From NCBI GenBank assembly GCA_004764695.1, contig SMSO01000034.1:1054001-1118000 (forward strand): a DNA stretch of 64,000 nt, given 5' to 3'. The position numbers and the translations under genes are program-made. Positions 1 through 10,134 of the stretch are shown here, one piece after another. Every line of letters starts with the position of its first letter. Position 1 is the first letter of the stretch. The notes beneath the pieces were generated by a model. The model ran no database searches. It saw only the letters and a list, made by a program, of their open reading frames with translations, and was not told where the DNA came from. The stretch comes from Schizochytrium sp. TIO01. Its lineage: Eukaryota > Protista > Bigyra: Labyrinthulomycetes.

Positions 1-1226
1 CACAATTACTTGACTTTATGTTGGTTGCACTTATATAGTGCAGTTGGAAATTCAACACCGGCTAGCTGAGGCAACCAAAGAGCCTCAAATTTCGATTACA
101 GTGTGTGACCATGAATCATTAAGGTAATTTCAATAACTAAATAAGAAGCACCGAATAGTGACTTGGTTCGCAAAGCCTTGATCGTATTCTATCCTACCTA
201 CCTAGGTTGAATCTATTGTCATACTTCAAGACTAAACACGGGTCTATTGTTATCTAGTGTTGAAAGTTGGGTTTTCTTCATTTGACTCAAGACGAGAATG
301 AATTGAAACAAAGAAGTTGAGTTCGTCTTGAGAGACCGATTCTAATTTACTTGGTCCGCGGTCTTTACAAGGTGTATCTATTTCTGTTTCCTCGGCCTGT
401 CCAACCTAGTATACCAATCTTACATCAGTCGAAAGGAGTATTATATTTAGTCCCGCACTTCGAGTTAGACTTCAATTTGGATTCACTCATTCTCAAAAGG
501 CAGGATTGACATTTTGAAATTTACATCTAACAAACGAGTTGACCTATTCTATTTGCTCCAGAGGTTGCAATATGCTTGCATAAATCTATGCAGAAACTGC
601 AACCCGTATAAAACTAGCTCGATCTTTTGCAACTTCTTATCGATTGTGATTTACAAAAACTCTTGCCCATATTAGTCTTTAAGCAACCCTTTCAATTCTT
701 TCCACACTAATTGGAGATGTGAGGCTAAGGAGACTGAATACGAATAACCTTTGTATTGCACTATGCTAATTCTCTTTTGCGTGTGAAGACAAGGGATCAT
801 CACACTACGTAGATAACCTCTACCTACCGGACTATACAGCTATTACTATCGAAATGTCTCATTGTTTTCTGTGTTCCGCTCTCAAAATCGATACTCAACA
901 AGTAGCTACGTAGCCCATTTAAATTTACTCACGCACTGTTCAAGAACAATGAATGATGACAACACCACTCATCGCCACGAAATAGGTACATCCTGAGAGT
1001 GCTGCTTTTCGTGTCGCACCAACTTGACCGAGCGAAAGCTGCTATGAAACTTTAAAAAGAGAGAATAAGCACCATATGAATGGGAACTAGTGCCTATCCA
1101 GACAGTAAGGGTTTATAGTGAAAAACGAATGAAGGCGATGGGAAAATTTTTTCAAGAAAGCTCCTGACGCCAGAGAAAATCGTTGCTTCATTCTGCTTCT
1201 TCGACGCTCACCGCAGCGCGGAGACG

Positions 1227-3695
1227 ATGAAACTTCGAGCACGCGGAGCGAAAGTTCACAGTGTGTCTACTGATTCTCAGGATTCAAAGAAGCGTCGTAT
1301 TGAGGCGACACGCGATGACCAAGAGCACCAATCTGAGAGCTCGCGACGAGCAAGAGTCTCGAGAAGCGCACGTACGCCACGGGAAAACAAACGTGGACAT
1401 GAAGACAGCGATGGGGATTCAAGGAAGGCACGGCTTCGAAAAACATCTTTGAGAAAAAGACGAACGGGGAATAGCTGCAATTTTCAAAGCGGAGAAATCA
1501 CAGATATTCTGAGCAAGCACACATTGAAAACTATGGAACATGGGCCAGAAGTTAGCAACGATAACAGTTCCGGAAAGAAAAAGTCGCAAAGAACGAGGCT
1601 GAGAAAATTAAGCTCAGAATCAACCAGCAAGGCTGGTAGCACTAAGCAAAGGAAAGAGAATTCGGCCAGCGAAGAAATTGATACACTTAAGCATTTGAAA
1701 CTCAAAGAACCCGAGAGGCCAGTTTCGCCATTGCAAGTCAGGGGGCGCAAACGACAGAGACAAAGTGTAGATTTACCTAAAAGTAACACCGAATCACAAA
1801 GACGTCGAGGTGCTTTGCCAAGAGCTACGAAGAGATCGCGCAGATCTCCAACAAAAAGTAGATCACAGAGCACGGGTGATGAGGACGTCACTACAAGAGC
1901 GCGAGGAAAAGACTATTGTATTTCTGGATGGACGCCCACGACTCCTGGTACCAGCCCAGTCCGAAATTCGGTTCGTATCTCCAAACGTCGGGAAAAGATT
2001 CTTAGGCTAGGATCAGTGAAATCATGCAATACTTTTCAAGACCAGGAGAATGTGCTCCAACAACAAGAGAAGATCCCCCTTTCAGTATCTAAAAGGCGGC
2101 AACGAGCTCCCTTGCAGTCCTTATCTAATGCCCAACTAAAACACTGTCCCATAAGAAGTTCAGGTATTGTCGCCGATAAGGATTTGCAGATCCATAAGCG
2201 TAAGAAAAAGCAATGCCAAGAAACGCGCGTGGTCCGGTCATTAAGATCCACACCTTCGCAGAAAGCACATGACGTCTTAATCAAACATGATGAACCAGTA
2301 TGCTCAAACTTAAGAAACAGTAGGAGTACTCCGAATCTCAGTGGCAGAGATTTGTCCGATAATCATGGAACAATTAGCAGACAATGCAATAATATATCCT
2401 CGCGACAAGATGACCAAGGTGCGGGCTCAAAATCAAAAAGTCGTAAGGCACGGTCGAAGCTTAGTTGGAATGCAAACAATCCAAATTTATTGCTTGAAAC
2501 GGACTGCAAACGCCCACAAGCTCAATCGCCTTTGACAAGGAAAGCTAAAACTTCTTATGAAGCCACCACAGCTGATGCAAAAAGGATAACTCTGCGGCCC
2601 AGAAACAAAAGGCTAGACAATGAATCTGCCCAGGCAACTCTCGGAACACAAGCACAAGAAGAAAAATCTTTATTGTCCAATGGGAAATCTCCAAGAACCC
2701 GCTCCCAACAGAAGTCTAAGCAGGGAATAGTTGACGCGTCCCTCCCTTCTCAGAAATGTCTACCGTGCACAAAATCTCCCTGCAAATATTCTCGATCGAA
2801 TACTGCATCAAAGAAAAAATCAAGCCCTGCAAGGGAAGTAAATACTGATCAACAGGTGATTCAAAGAGCAGGAAGAGAGAAAATTCAAGCCAAAATATCA
2901 TTGAATCAACTTGGTGCTGATAAGCATGATAACAGTAGCAAAAGTGGGCTTGCAGAAACTGCATCAGCATCCATAGCCAGAAACAAGAAGCAGGCACGTT
3001 CTAGAACTTCCAAAATTTTGAAAGCTCAGGACAGAGCAAACTCTTCTCAGGCAAAGATGCGTTCTACAGAGGCTTTGCATGGAGTTTTGCACCCAATTGG
3101 CGACGACGAAGAACTCAGGGCAAAACAACAGCGTTCAACAAGGAGAGAGATCGATTCACTCAGCGTCCCATCTGTGAAAGAGAGCCTAAGTTTGACAAAA
3201 GAATCCAGATTGTCAGTTTCAAAAGCCTCATGCGAGAAGCAAAATCGTTTGAAAGCAAGTTTGGTGGAGGGAAAAAAGATTGGTCATTCACGAAAAGATC
3301 GTAAACAGCGGTCTGAGAGTACGACAACAATGATCCAAAGCCACAGTAATTCTGGGCAACCTACTACTTTCGATACTGGTTCAGTCGGGAAAAGGCTCAG
3401 ATGTGGAGCTCGTAGTGCACCAAGCTCAAGCGATTCCCTGAATAAATCACTTGCAAAAAAAGTGTCTTCGGAACCCAAATGGGTTTCCGAGGCCGTTCGT
3501 GCAACAGCTTCGGCCTTGTCAAGACGGAGCTCGGCTTTGACTAGTTCTCGTGTGCGCACGTATTCAAAGCGGCATGCTTTGGATGATGTTTATCTTGCTG
3601 TGTTGGATGACCTTTACGAGTCAACTGCGACCCAACGTTCGCGGGGTCGCAGAAGTATCTCCAGTCGTCTCAGTCTGCACGGATCTGAGTGGTAG
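1227..3695 (+). CDS. Hypothetical basic, K/R/S-rich disordered protein with KEN box, D-box and many S/T-P sites
   Basis: 822-codon ATG-initiated ORF. Low-complexity basic composition. KEN at 1653-1661, RAPLQSLSN at 2103-2129, RTYSKR at 3555-3572. No folded domain recognised. Confidence 0.8.
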   Translation: MKLRARGAKVHSVSTDSQDSKKRRIEATRDDQEHQSESSRRARVSRSARTPRENKRGHEDSDGDSRKARLRKTSLRKRRTGNSCNFQSGEITDILSKHTLKTMEHGPEVSNDNSSGKKKSQRTRLRKLSSESTSKAGSTKQRKENSASEEIDTLKHLKLKEPERPVSPLQVRGRKRQRQSVDLPKSNTESQRRRGALPRATKRSRRSPTKSRSQSTGDEDVTTRARGKDYCISGWTPTTPGTSPVRNSVRISKRREKILRLGSVKSCNTFQDQENVLQQQEKIPLSVSKRRQRAPLQSLSNAQLKHCPIRSSGIVADKDLQIHKRKKKQCQETRVVRSLRSTPSQKAHDVLIKHDEPVCSNLRNSRSTPNLSGRDLSDNHGTISRQCNNISSRQDDQGAGSKSKSRKARSKLSWNANNPNLLLETDCKRPQAQSPLTRKAKTSYEATTADAKRITLRPRNKRLDNESAQATLGTQAQEEKSLLSNGKSPRTRSQQKSKQGIVDASLPSQKCLPCTKSPCKYSRSNTASKKKSSPAREVNTDQQVIQRAGREKIQAKISLNQLGADKHDNSSKSGLAETASASIARNKKQARSRTSKILKAQDRANSSQAKMRSTEALHGVLHPIGDDEELRAKQQRSTRREIDSLSVPSVKESLSLTKESRLSVSKASCEKQNRLKASLVEGKKIGHSRKDRKQRSESTTTMIQSHSNSGQPTTFDTGSVGKRLRCGARSAPSSSDSLNKSLAKKVSSEPKWVSEAVRATASALSRRSSALTSSRVRTYSKRHALDDVYLAVLDDLYESTATQRSRGRRSISSRLSLHGSEW

Positions 3696-3920
3696 GCATG
3701 CCAGACACTACTGGTAGTATTCTGTTTCTGGCAATCTGACTTATTTAATGTAGCATAGTGATCGATAAAAATCTAAATCCATGTGTTATGATAATGTTTC
3801 CTTCTCTGCGATTGCTTAATCTTTGAATCACTGCTTCGTATCTTGTCTCAACCACCCTGGTATTGATTATCACAGTTAAGTTGCCACCCTCGGGCCACAC
3901 ATCAGTAGGTGCGCGGGTGT

Positions 3921-4475
3921 TTAGTGGGCTTTGAAGTCCACCACTTCTGCACCCAATAACTCCAAAGCTTTTGTGCTGAAGTGCCCGAAGTCAAGACATT
4001 TTGGCCCTTTTACGTGCCAATAGTGCCAACATATCCCTGCACTCGCATCGCAATGACACCTGAGTTGGATTACTATTCTATCGATAGGAGTGCGAGCCAT
4101 AGCATGTCGAAGCCTCCTTTGTAGATAAACACCGTGACCTTTAAGAGTAATGAGATTCATGGCTTCGTCATCATCGCGGAAATAGATTGCGCACACTTTC
4201 TTAGCGCTTTCAACATTGGCGACGTCAACTCCAAGTTTTTGTACATTTAGCCAAGAAAAGGGAACCGAAACGGCATCGCCACCACCGAGTCAGCAAGGAA
4301 ACCCAGCCCTGTCAGCAGTTTGCAGGCCAACTCTTTCATGAACTAAGATCCCTCTGCAATGCGGAGTGCCACGGTCGTGAACAACACGCACGAGTTCATC
4401 ATTTACAAAGCAAAAGCCCGGCCAGGCTGTCCAGTAGTACCTGCTACTGCCTGTTCTTTCTGCAATATCGCGTCG
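3921..4475 (-). pseudogene. Possible decayed coding relic of unknown family
   Basis: The 91-aa track ORF has no ATG start. Its frame stays open back to 4475 except for one TGA at 4290-4292. Family not recognised. Confidence 0.25.
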
Positions 4476-5360
4476 TCATCGAAAGCAAATTCACGCACAC
4501 TCGATGGTCGAAAAGCTCTCCCGAGCTCGTCTGCGACAGGTCTGCACACACCAGCAGCGCGAGTATTTCAACAGCGTGTCAAAGCACGCTCCACAGGCAG
4601 TAGAGGCATTCATCGTGGTGGCCACGCACCCATCTCTTCTTGCGTGGCATACACCATATTAACATTACAGTGCCGGATTTAAAGGAGAATTGTTAGTTAG
4701 AAATTTTATGGAAAATCTATTGAAACCACCATAGCAATAATTATATTCATACCATGATCAAATGATCATCAAATGAAACACTTCGATGTCATACTAGGCA
4801 GCAGTCGTGCCCTCTCGCCCCATTGAACTCAAGTGCTTTCATAACATGGTAGAAAGTATGGGGCAACGCAATCATCACTATGGTACCGTGTTCTGCGATC
4901 AATTATTTATGACAGCCAAATGCAAATGTATGACTGACGCCATTTTATATACTTCGTATACATTTTCTTAGCGTTTACGGTAGGAGTGCCCTTTTTACCA
5001 GGAACAGAGCGCCGGTCAATCAAAACTGGCGAATCCTTGGAGCGAGCGAGCCTTTCCGCAGGTTGCTTTCTCTGGGCCTTTCAAGGCTCGATCTTATTCG
5101 TGAAAGTGAAGTCCGCGGAGGAACTTCGGTGCCATTTGCTGGTGTCCAGACTGTCAAGTTAGCCATTGCGAGACACAGGTATCAGTATCTTGTTTGCAAT
5201 GGAACGGTGACAAGCTTTTGTGTACTTTTCTTAGATTCTTTTTATTCCTACGGACATACATACATACATACTTATCTTAAAGCCGTGCTATCTCACTATA
5301 GTTTACTACTATGTGATAGTAGGAGTGGCAGCGCAATCTTTCATTAGAAAGGCGACGAAT

Positions 5361-5384
5361 TTCATTCATTCATTCATTCATTCA
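5361..5384. repeat. (TTCA)6 microsatellite
   Basis: Read directly from the sequence. Confidence 0.95.
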
Positions 5385-5790
5385 ATCCATCGATGATCAT
5401 TTATGGATTGAGCAAATGTGCTTTCAATTAAACGATAGCGTCAGCGGAAAGATACCGCTGCAGCCAGTTCCCGCACCGCCGCAGCCCGCTCCCTCCACCC
5501 TTTCGAGACGGGTTTTCGCCACAAGCTCTCGGCTTTCTGCAGGTTTGCCAGCCCGAAGGAGCCCAAAGAGAGGACCACCGCTTAAATCGATCAGTCCTTT
5601 CGAGGTGAGTTTTGCTCCATTTCTATTTATCCTAAGATTGATGATTCTTTATCGATCGATTGATCGATCAATCGATTTATTAGAAAACCTTTTTTTTTCT
5701 TTTCTTTTAAAAAAAAAAGAGGTATCATTTCATCCCTCGTTTACAGAGGGAGCTGTTCTCTGTTCTCCCTAAGCTGTTCTTTTCTCTTAC

Positions 5791-5836
5791 TTTGTTTGTT
5801 TGTTTGTTTGTTTGTTTGTTTGTTTGTTTGTTTGTT
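5791..5836. repeat. (TTTG)11 microsatellite
   Basis: Read directly from the sequence. Confidence 0.95.
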
Positions 5837-6038
5837 CATAAACTCATTGAGTGTTCATAAAAAAACAGAATGATGAGCAATCAGTCTCGACGATCGATCT
5901 TCAGGTCACTCTTCGTGGAGCCTGATCACCCGCCTCGCCCCTCCAGGTGAAGAAGAAGAAGAGGAAGTCCGCAGCATGTCAACCTCCAAGCTCAAGGTTC
6001 TTCAACCTTGAAAGGCCCTAAAACTGAACCTTCTTCGA

Positions 6039-6090
6039 TCATTCATTCATTCGTTCGTTCATTCATTCATTCATTCATTCATTCATTCAT
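6039..6090. repeat. Compound (TCAT)/(TCGT) microsatellite
   Basis: Read directly from the sequence. Confidence 0.9.
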
Positions 6091-7507
6091 CATCGATCAT
6101 CGATGATTTGCAATAATTAACTCAACAACGACGACAACAACAGAGACGTCTCTAGCGACGCACATAGCCTAAACTGTAGCGCTCGGACTCCTGCGGCGAG
6201 GTGCTTCATGGTCCTGCGGCGCCCTTTGGCCCTGGGAACGAGGCCGTGGCCGCTCCTCCAAAGACGAAATTGAGGCCCCGAGGACGTGCACCTGGGCCAC
6301 CTCCTGAGCAGCTTTGCGAGCAATTTAGCAGCTGCCAGGCGCTTGCGAAGGCTCGAAACAGGCCGAAGCAGGCGCCAGCGACTCCAGCTCCAGGCCTATC
6401 CATCCCCTAGCAAGTCCTACAGTGTAGGGGTCCTTAGGTGAAAGTTAGGGGCCCTATACTCTGTGAGAGTTGCTGCGGCAGTGCTGGCGTTGGAAATTCC
6501 ACATAGTGTCCCCCCAGCCCCCCTAGTTGTCCATAATCTATTCGATTGACAGGATGAGATAGATTTGAATGGGGGTATAGTGTAAGATTGGGATGTTTTA
6601 GGACCGTCTTAAATTAGCTGTAGGAGCGAAGAGGGAGTAGGGAAAGTATGGAGTAAAATACAGGAGAGAATAAAATACGGGGCTGTTAGGGGTGGATAGG
6701 GTAAATATGTAGGAGTGGGTTATGATAGGAGAAAGGGGAAGAAAGCGAAAGAAAGGGAAAGAAAGCGCTTCGAGAGACAGACTTGGATCGATCTCCGCGC
6801 GAGCGTCTCGCGGCTGATTCGGCTGCGGCGCCGAGCCTCGCGGGTACCTCAGGCGCTGCGTGTGCAACGCCGCGTGTTCCCGCGCTGTCGGTAGCTGGCG
6901 CTAGCGCTGGCTGCCTGCCGTGGAAGGATCGTCCGCCGCGCTTTCTTTGTTAATATCTGGTGAATTTGAGGCATTTCATTTCACTTCGTTATTTCAAGTT
7001 TCCTCTGTTTCCTCGCAGGCGCTCGCGGCGACGCTTCTTCGGCATCGCTCAGAGGGTTATCTAACGCGTGTGAACCCTGGTACGCTCACATCTGTAGCGC
7101 TTGGGGAACTTGTGCAAAATTGGGGTCGGTTGCAGCGTCGAAAGAAAAGATTGAATAATCTTTATCTTCAATCTCAAGACCTCGAAAATCGCCGGATTTT
7201 GAGCTTTTTGTAGACTTTAACCTGCAAGTATTGACGTACTTTGAAAGAATTTACCATCTACGAAAGCTATTGTTCAGAGAATCGTGTGGAAATACCCCCC
7301 CGCCCCATTGGCATTTGTTACATTTGCCAAATTATTTTCGTGGATTGGTCTCACGGAGCTTGCATCTCGGAGTTTGAAGCCAGAGCTTTTCGTGCGGTTG
7401 TACTTTGGTACGTTTCTGCTACTCTTGGTGTAGAGTAAATTTCGCACGGGGCTTGTGATCATAGTGATTGATCTCTGTCGGTCAGTGCTAGATTGCTGTG
7501 TGGGAAA

Positions 7508-9469
7508 ATGGCGAGCGAGCATGCCGGGCGCCAGGCGCCTGGATCCTCATCGAACTCGTCAGCAGCAGCAACGGCGTCGTCTTCAAGAAAGAGGTCTACA
7601 AGTAGTGGTACATCATCACGGCGACGAACGTCTGGACACAGCAGCAAAATGCGCGTGCAAATTGGCGAATACGTCTTGGGCAAGACGTTGGGTCTGGGTT
7701 CTTTTGGTCGTGTACGGCTGGCAGAGCACGTGTTGACGGGTCAACTAGTGGCAATCAAAATCCTAAACCGGCAAAAGATTAGGAATCTAGGTATGGAGGA
7801 AAAGGTCCGTCGCGAGATCCAAATTCTTAAGATGTTCAAGCACCCCCATATTATCAGATTGTATGAGGTAATTGAAACCCCAACCGAGATCTTCTTGGTA
7901 ATGGAGTACGTTTCAGGTGGAGAACTTTTCGATTATATCGTATCAAAAGGACGTCTTCATGTTGATGAAGCTAGACAGTTTTTCCAGCAAATCATTTCTG
8001 GTGTCGCTTACTGCCACAGTATGGGTGTGGTTCATCGCGATCTCAAGCCTGAGAATCTCCTGCTGAGTGGAGACAATAACGTCAAACTCGCAGATTTTGG
8101 ACTTTCCAATATTATGCACGACGGAGAATTTCTGCGCACCAGTTGTGGCTCCCCCAACTATGCCAGCCCACAGGTCATCAGCGGGTCGCTCTATGCAGGT
8201 CCAGAGGTGGATATCTGGAGCTGCGGCGTCATTCTTTACGCACTGCTTTGCGGCAGCTTGCCTTTTGATGACGAGTCGATTCCTAAGCTTTTCCGTAAGA
8301 TTAAAAACGGCAACTACGTCATGCCATCTTACTTAGACGAAGCAAGCCGAGACCTCATCCCACGTATGCTTGTTGTAGAACCTACACAGCGTATTACAAT
8401 TGATGAAATCCGGCGGCATCCCTTCTTCACTACTAAACTTCCGCCTTATCTCGAACTTCCAGTGTCTCTACAAGCTATCACAATGGATTCTGAGGTGCTA
8501 GAGGACGAGTGCATAGATCGTATCCTTGATATCAAGCATCCTTACATTCAGCGGACGGGCCGCATCGGCATTATCAAAGCCCTGCAGTCCCACAAGAAAA
8601 ACTTTATCAAAGTCGTGTACAGTCTTTACCTTGATCAGATGCAAACCAAGATCCGCGTCGCTGAGCAGAGAGCCTCCGCTACTGCAAAGCATAATAACAG
8701 CGAGTCTTCTATGCGTATTGCCTTCTCGCCTCCGGTAGCGCCCCAGTCAGCACCAGGACCTGCCGTTCGTATTCAAGGATCATCTGCTGGTGGACAAACA
8801 TCAGCCAACTCGCGGGCATCCATGCAAGCAAACTCTGCGGCACCAACCTCGACGACTGCCGCATCCATGCCAGGGCAGTCTGCCTTACAGAGCCTTCGTG
8901 CAGGTTCCTCATCTTCTTCAAATCCTGCTTATGCTGCTCCGCGCAATTCTTCGGCCTCTGCCAAAGCCAACTCATCTCGGTCTCGAAATGCAAGCTGCAT
9001 GCGCAAATGGTACCTTGGAATCCAATCTAAAAAAGATCCGGAGCTGGTTATGAGCGAAGTTTTCCGTGCATTACGATCTCTACGTTCTCAATGGCATTAT
9101 GCCCCCGCAAACCCATATCGCGTGACATGTCGATGGCGACCATCCTGTCTCGGAATCGTAGATCCTGATATCCCAGACCAATGGGTTTATGTGTCTTTAC
9201 AGCTCTACAAGGTGCAATCTTCTATTTACCTCCTTGATTTCCAAAGAGCAGGTGGGATTAGTGGGTGCTTCTCATTTATGCGGCTTTGTTCTCTCATCAT
9301 CAACGCCCTTAAGGCTCCCAGCTCCGCTCCATCAGGCCCAGGGGGCTCCTCGGCCCAGAACGCAGGCGCACTTCCATCAGGAGGGGGGCAGTCTGCTTCC
9401 CCGCATGATGATCCGCGTGCTGCACATACCGGAGTATCACCTAGGCAGCCCCAAGCCACTGGACGATAG
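7508..9469 (+). CDS. SNF1: SNF1/AMPK catalytic alpha subunit (SnRK1-like Ser/Thr kinase)
   Basis: GLGSFG P-loop, VAIKILNR, HRDLKPEN, DFG, activation loop FLRTSCGSPNY, YAGPEVDIWSCGVILY, C-terminal KWYLGIQS...EVFRAL...YLLDFQ domain. First ATG at 7508 (track starts at TTG 7493). Confidence 0.95.
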   Translation: MASEHAGRQAPGSSSNSSAAATASSSRKRSTSSGTSSRRRTSGHSSKMRVQIGEYVLGKTLGLGSFGRVRLAEHVLTGQLVAIKILNRQKIRNLGMEEKVRREIQILKMFKHPHIIRLYEVIETPTEIFLVMEYVSGGELFDYIVSKGRLHVDEARQFFQQIISGVAYCHSMGVVHRDLKPENLLLSGDNNVKLADFGLSNIMHDGEFLRTSCGSPNYASPQVISGSLYAGPEVDIWSCGVILYALLCGSLPFDDESIPKLFRKIKNGNYVMPSYLDEASRDLIPRMLVVEPTQRITIDEIRRHPFFTTKLPPYLELPVSLQAITMDSEVLEDECIDRILDIKHPYIQRTGRIGIIKALQSHKKNFIKVVYSLYLDQMQTKIRVAEQRASATAKHNNSESSMRIAFSPPVAPQSAPGPAVRIQGSSAGGQTSANSRASMQANSAAPTSTTAASMPGQSALQSLRAGSSSSSNPAYAAPRNSSASAKANSSRSRNASCMRKWYLGIQSKKDPELVMSEVFRALRSLRSQWHYAPANPYRVTCRWRPSCLGIVDPDIPDQWVYVSLQLYKVQSSIYLLDFQRAGGISGCFSFMRLCSLIINALKAPSSAPSGPGGSSAQNAGALPSGGGQSASPHDDPRAAHTGVSPRQPQATGR

Positions 9470-10134
9470 AAACTCTCGTTTTGATTTTGTTGTTGTTGTT
9501 ATTGTTGTTGTTGGCTAACAACTAGTCTTGCAGGCTTACACATGAATATCTGGCGAAACGATGTTGCTGAGACGCGTCTTGCCTGTTCGCGCACCTCGAA
9601 AGTACTAGTTCTTTCAGATTTTTTCTTCACTGTTCTATTCATTACACGATGGACATCCCATGAACCTGCTACGTGCTTATAAAGTAGAATCCATTTCTTC
9701 AATACTCCGTATCTTATATTACAAGCCATCGCAAAAGTACGTCTTCATAAGCTCACTTTTTATTTGGTTTTGAAGGCATCGTGCGCTCATGCGCTTTTTC
9801 TCGCTTTGCATCTCATCGAGGTACTAAGCACATGTCTATGAATGATGCGCAAATCCGAATGAAGGATTCTTATGTGAGACAAAACTGTCAGTCAGGGAGA
9901 AGACATCAAGTTAAAAACAACGGTGATTGCTGACGTTAACTATAACCAAGAAGGTTTACAAAAACACACAAAATATCTTTAAAAACAAAACATAAATAGT
10001 ACATATAGAATGAATATTTCTCGCTATCCTGAATCAGCAAGCAAGGGAATGTAAAAATGATGTGCCTCGATTGGAAAATCTTTTCGTTTTGTTTTCCTCT
10101 AGGAAAACAAAACCTTAATATCTGAGCAACTTTT

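Noticed and set aside
4985-5003. U5 snRNA loop-like GCCCTTTTTACCAG
   Set aside because: Does not match the invariant GCCTTTTAC loop and lacks the flanking stem.
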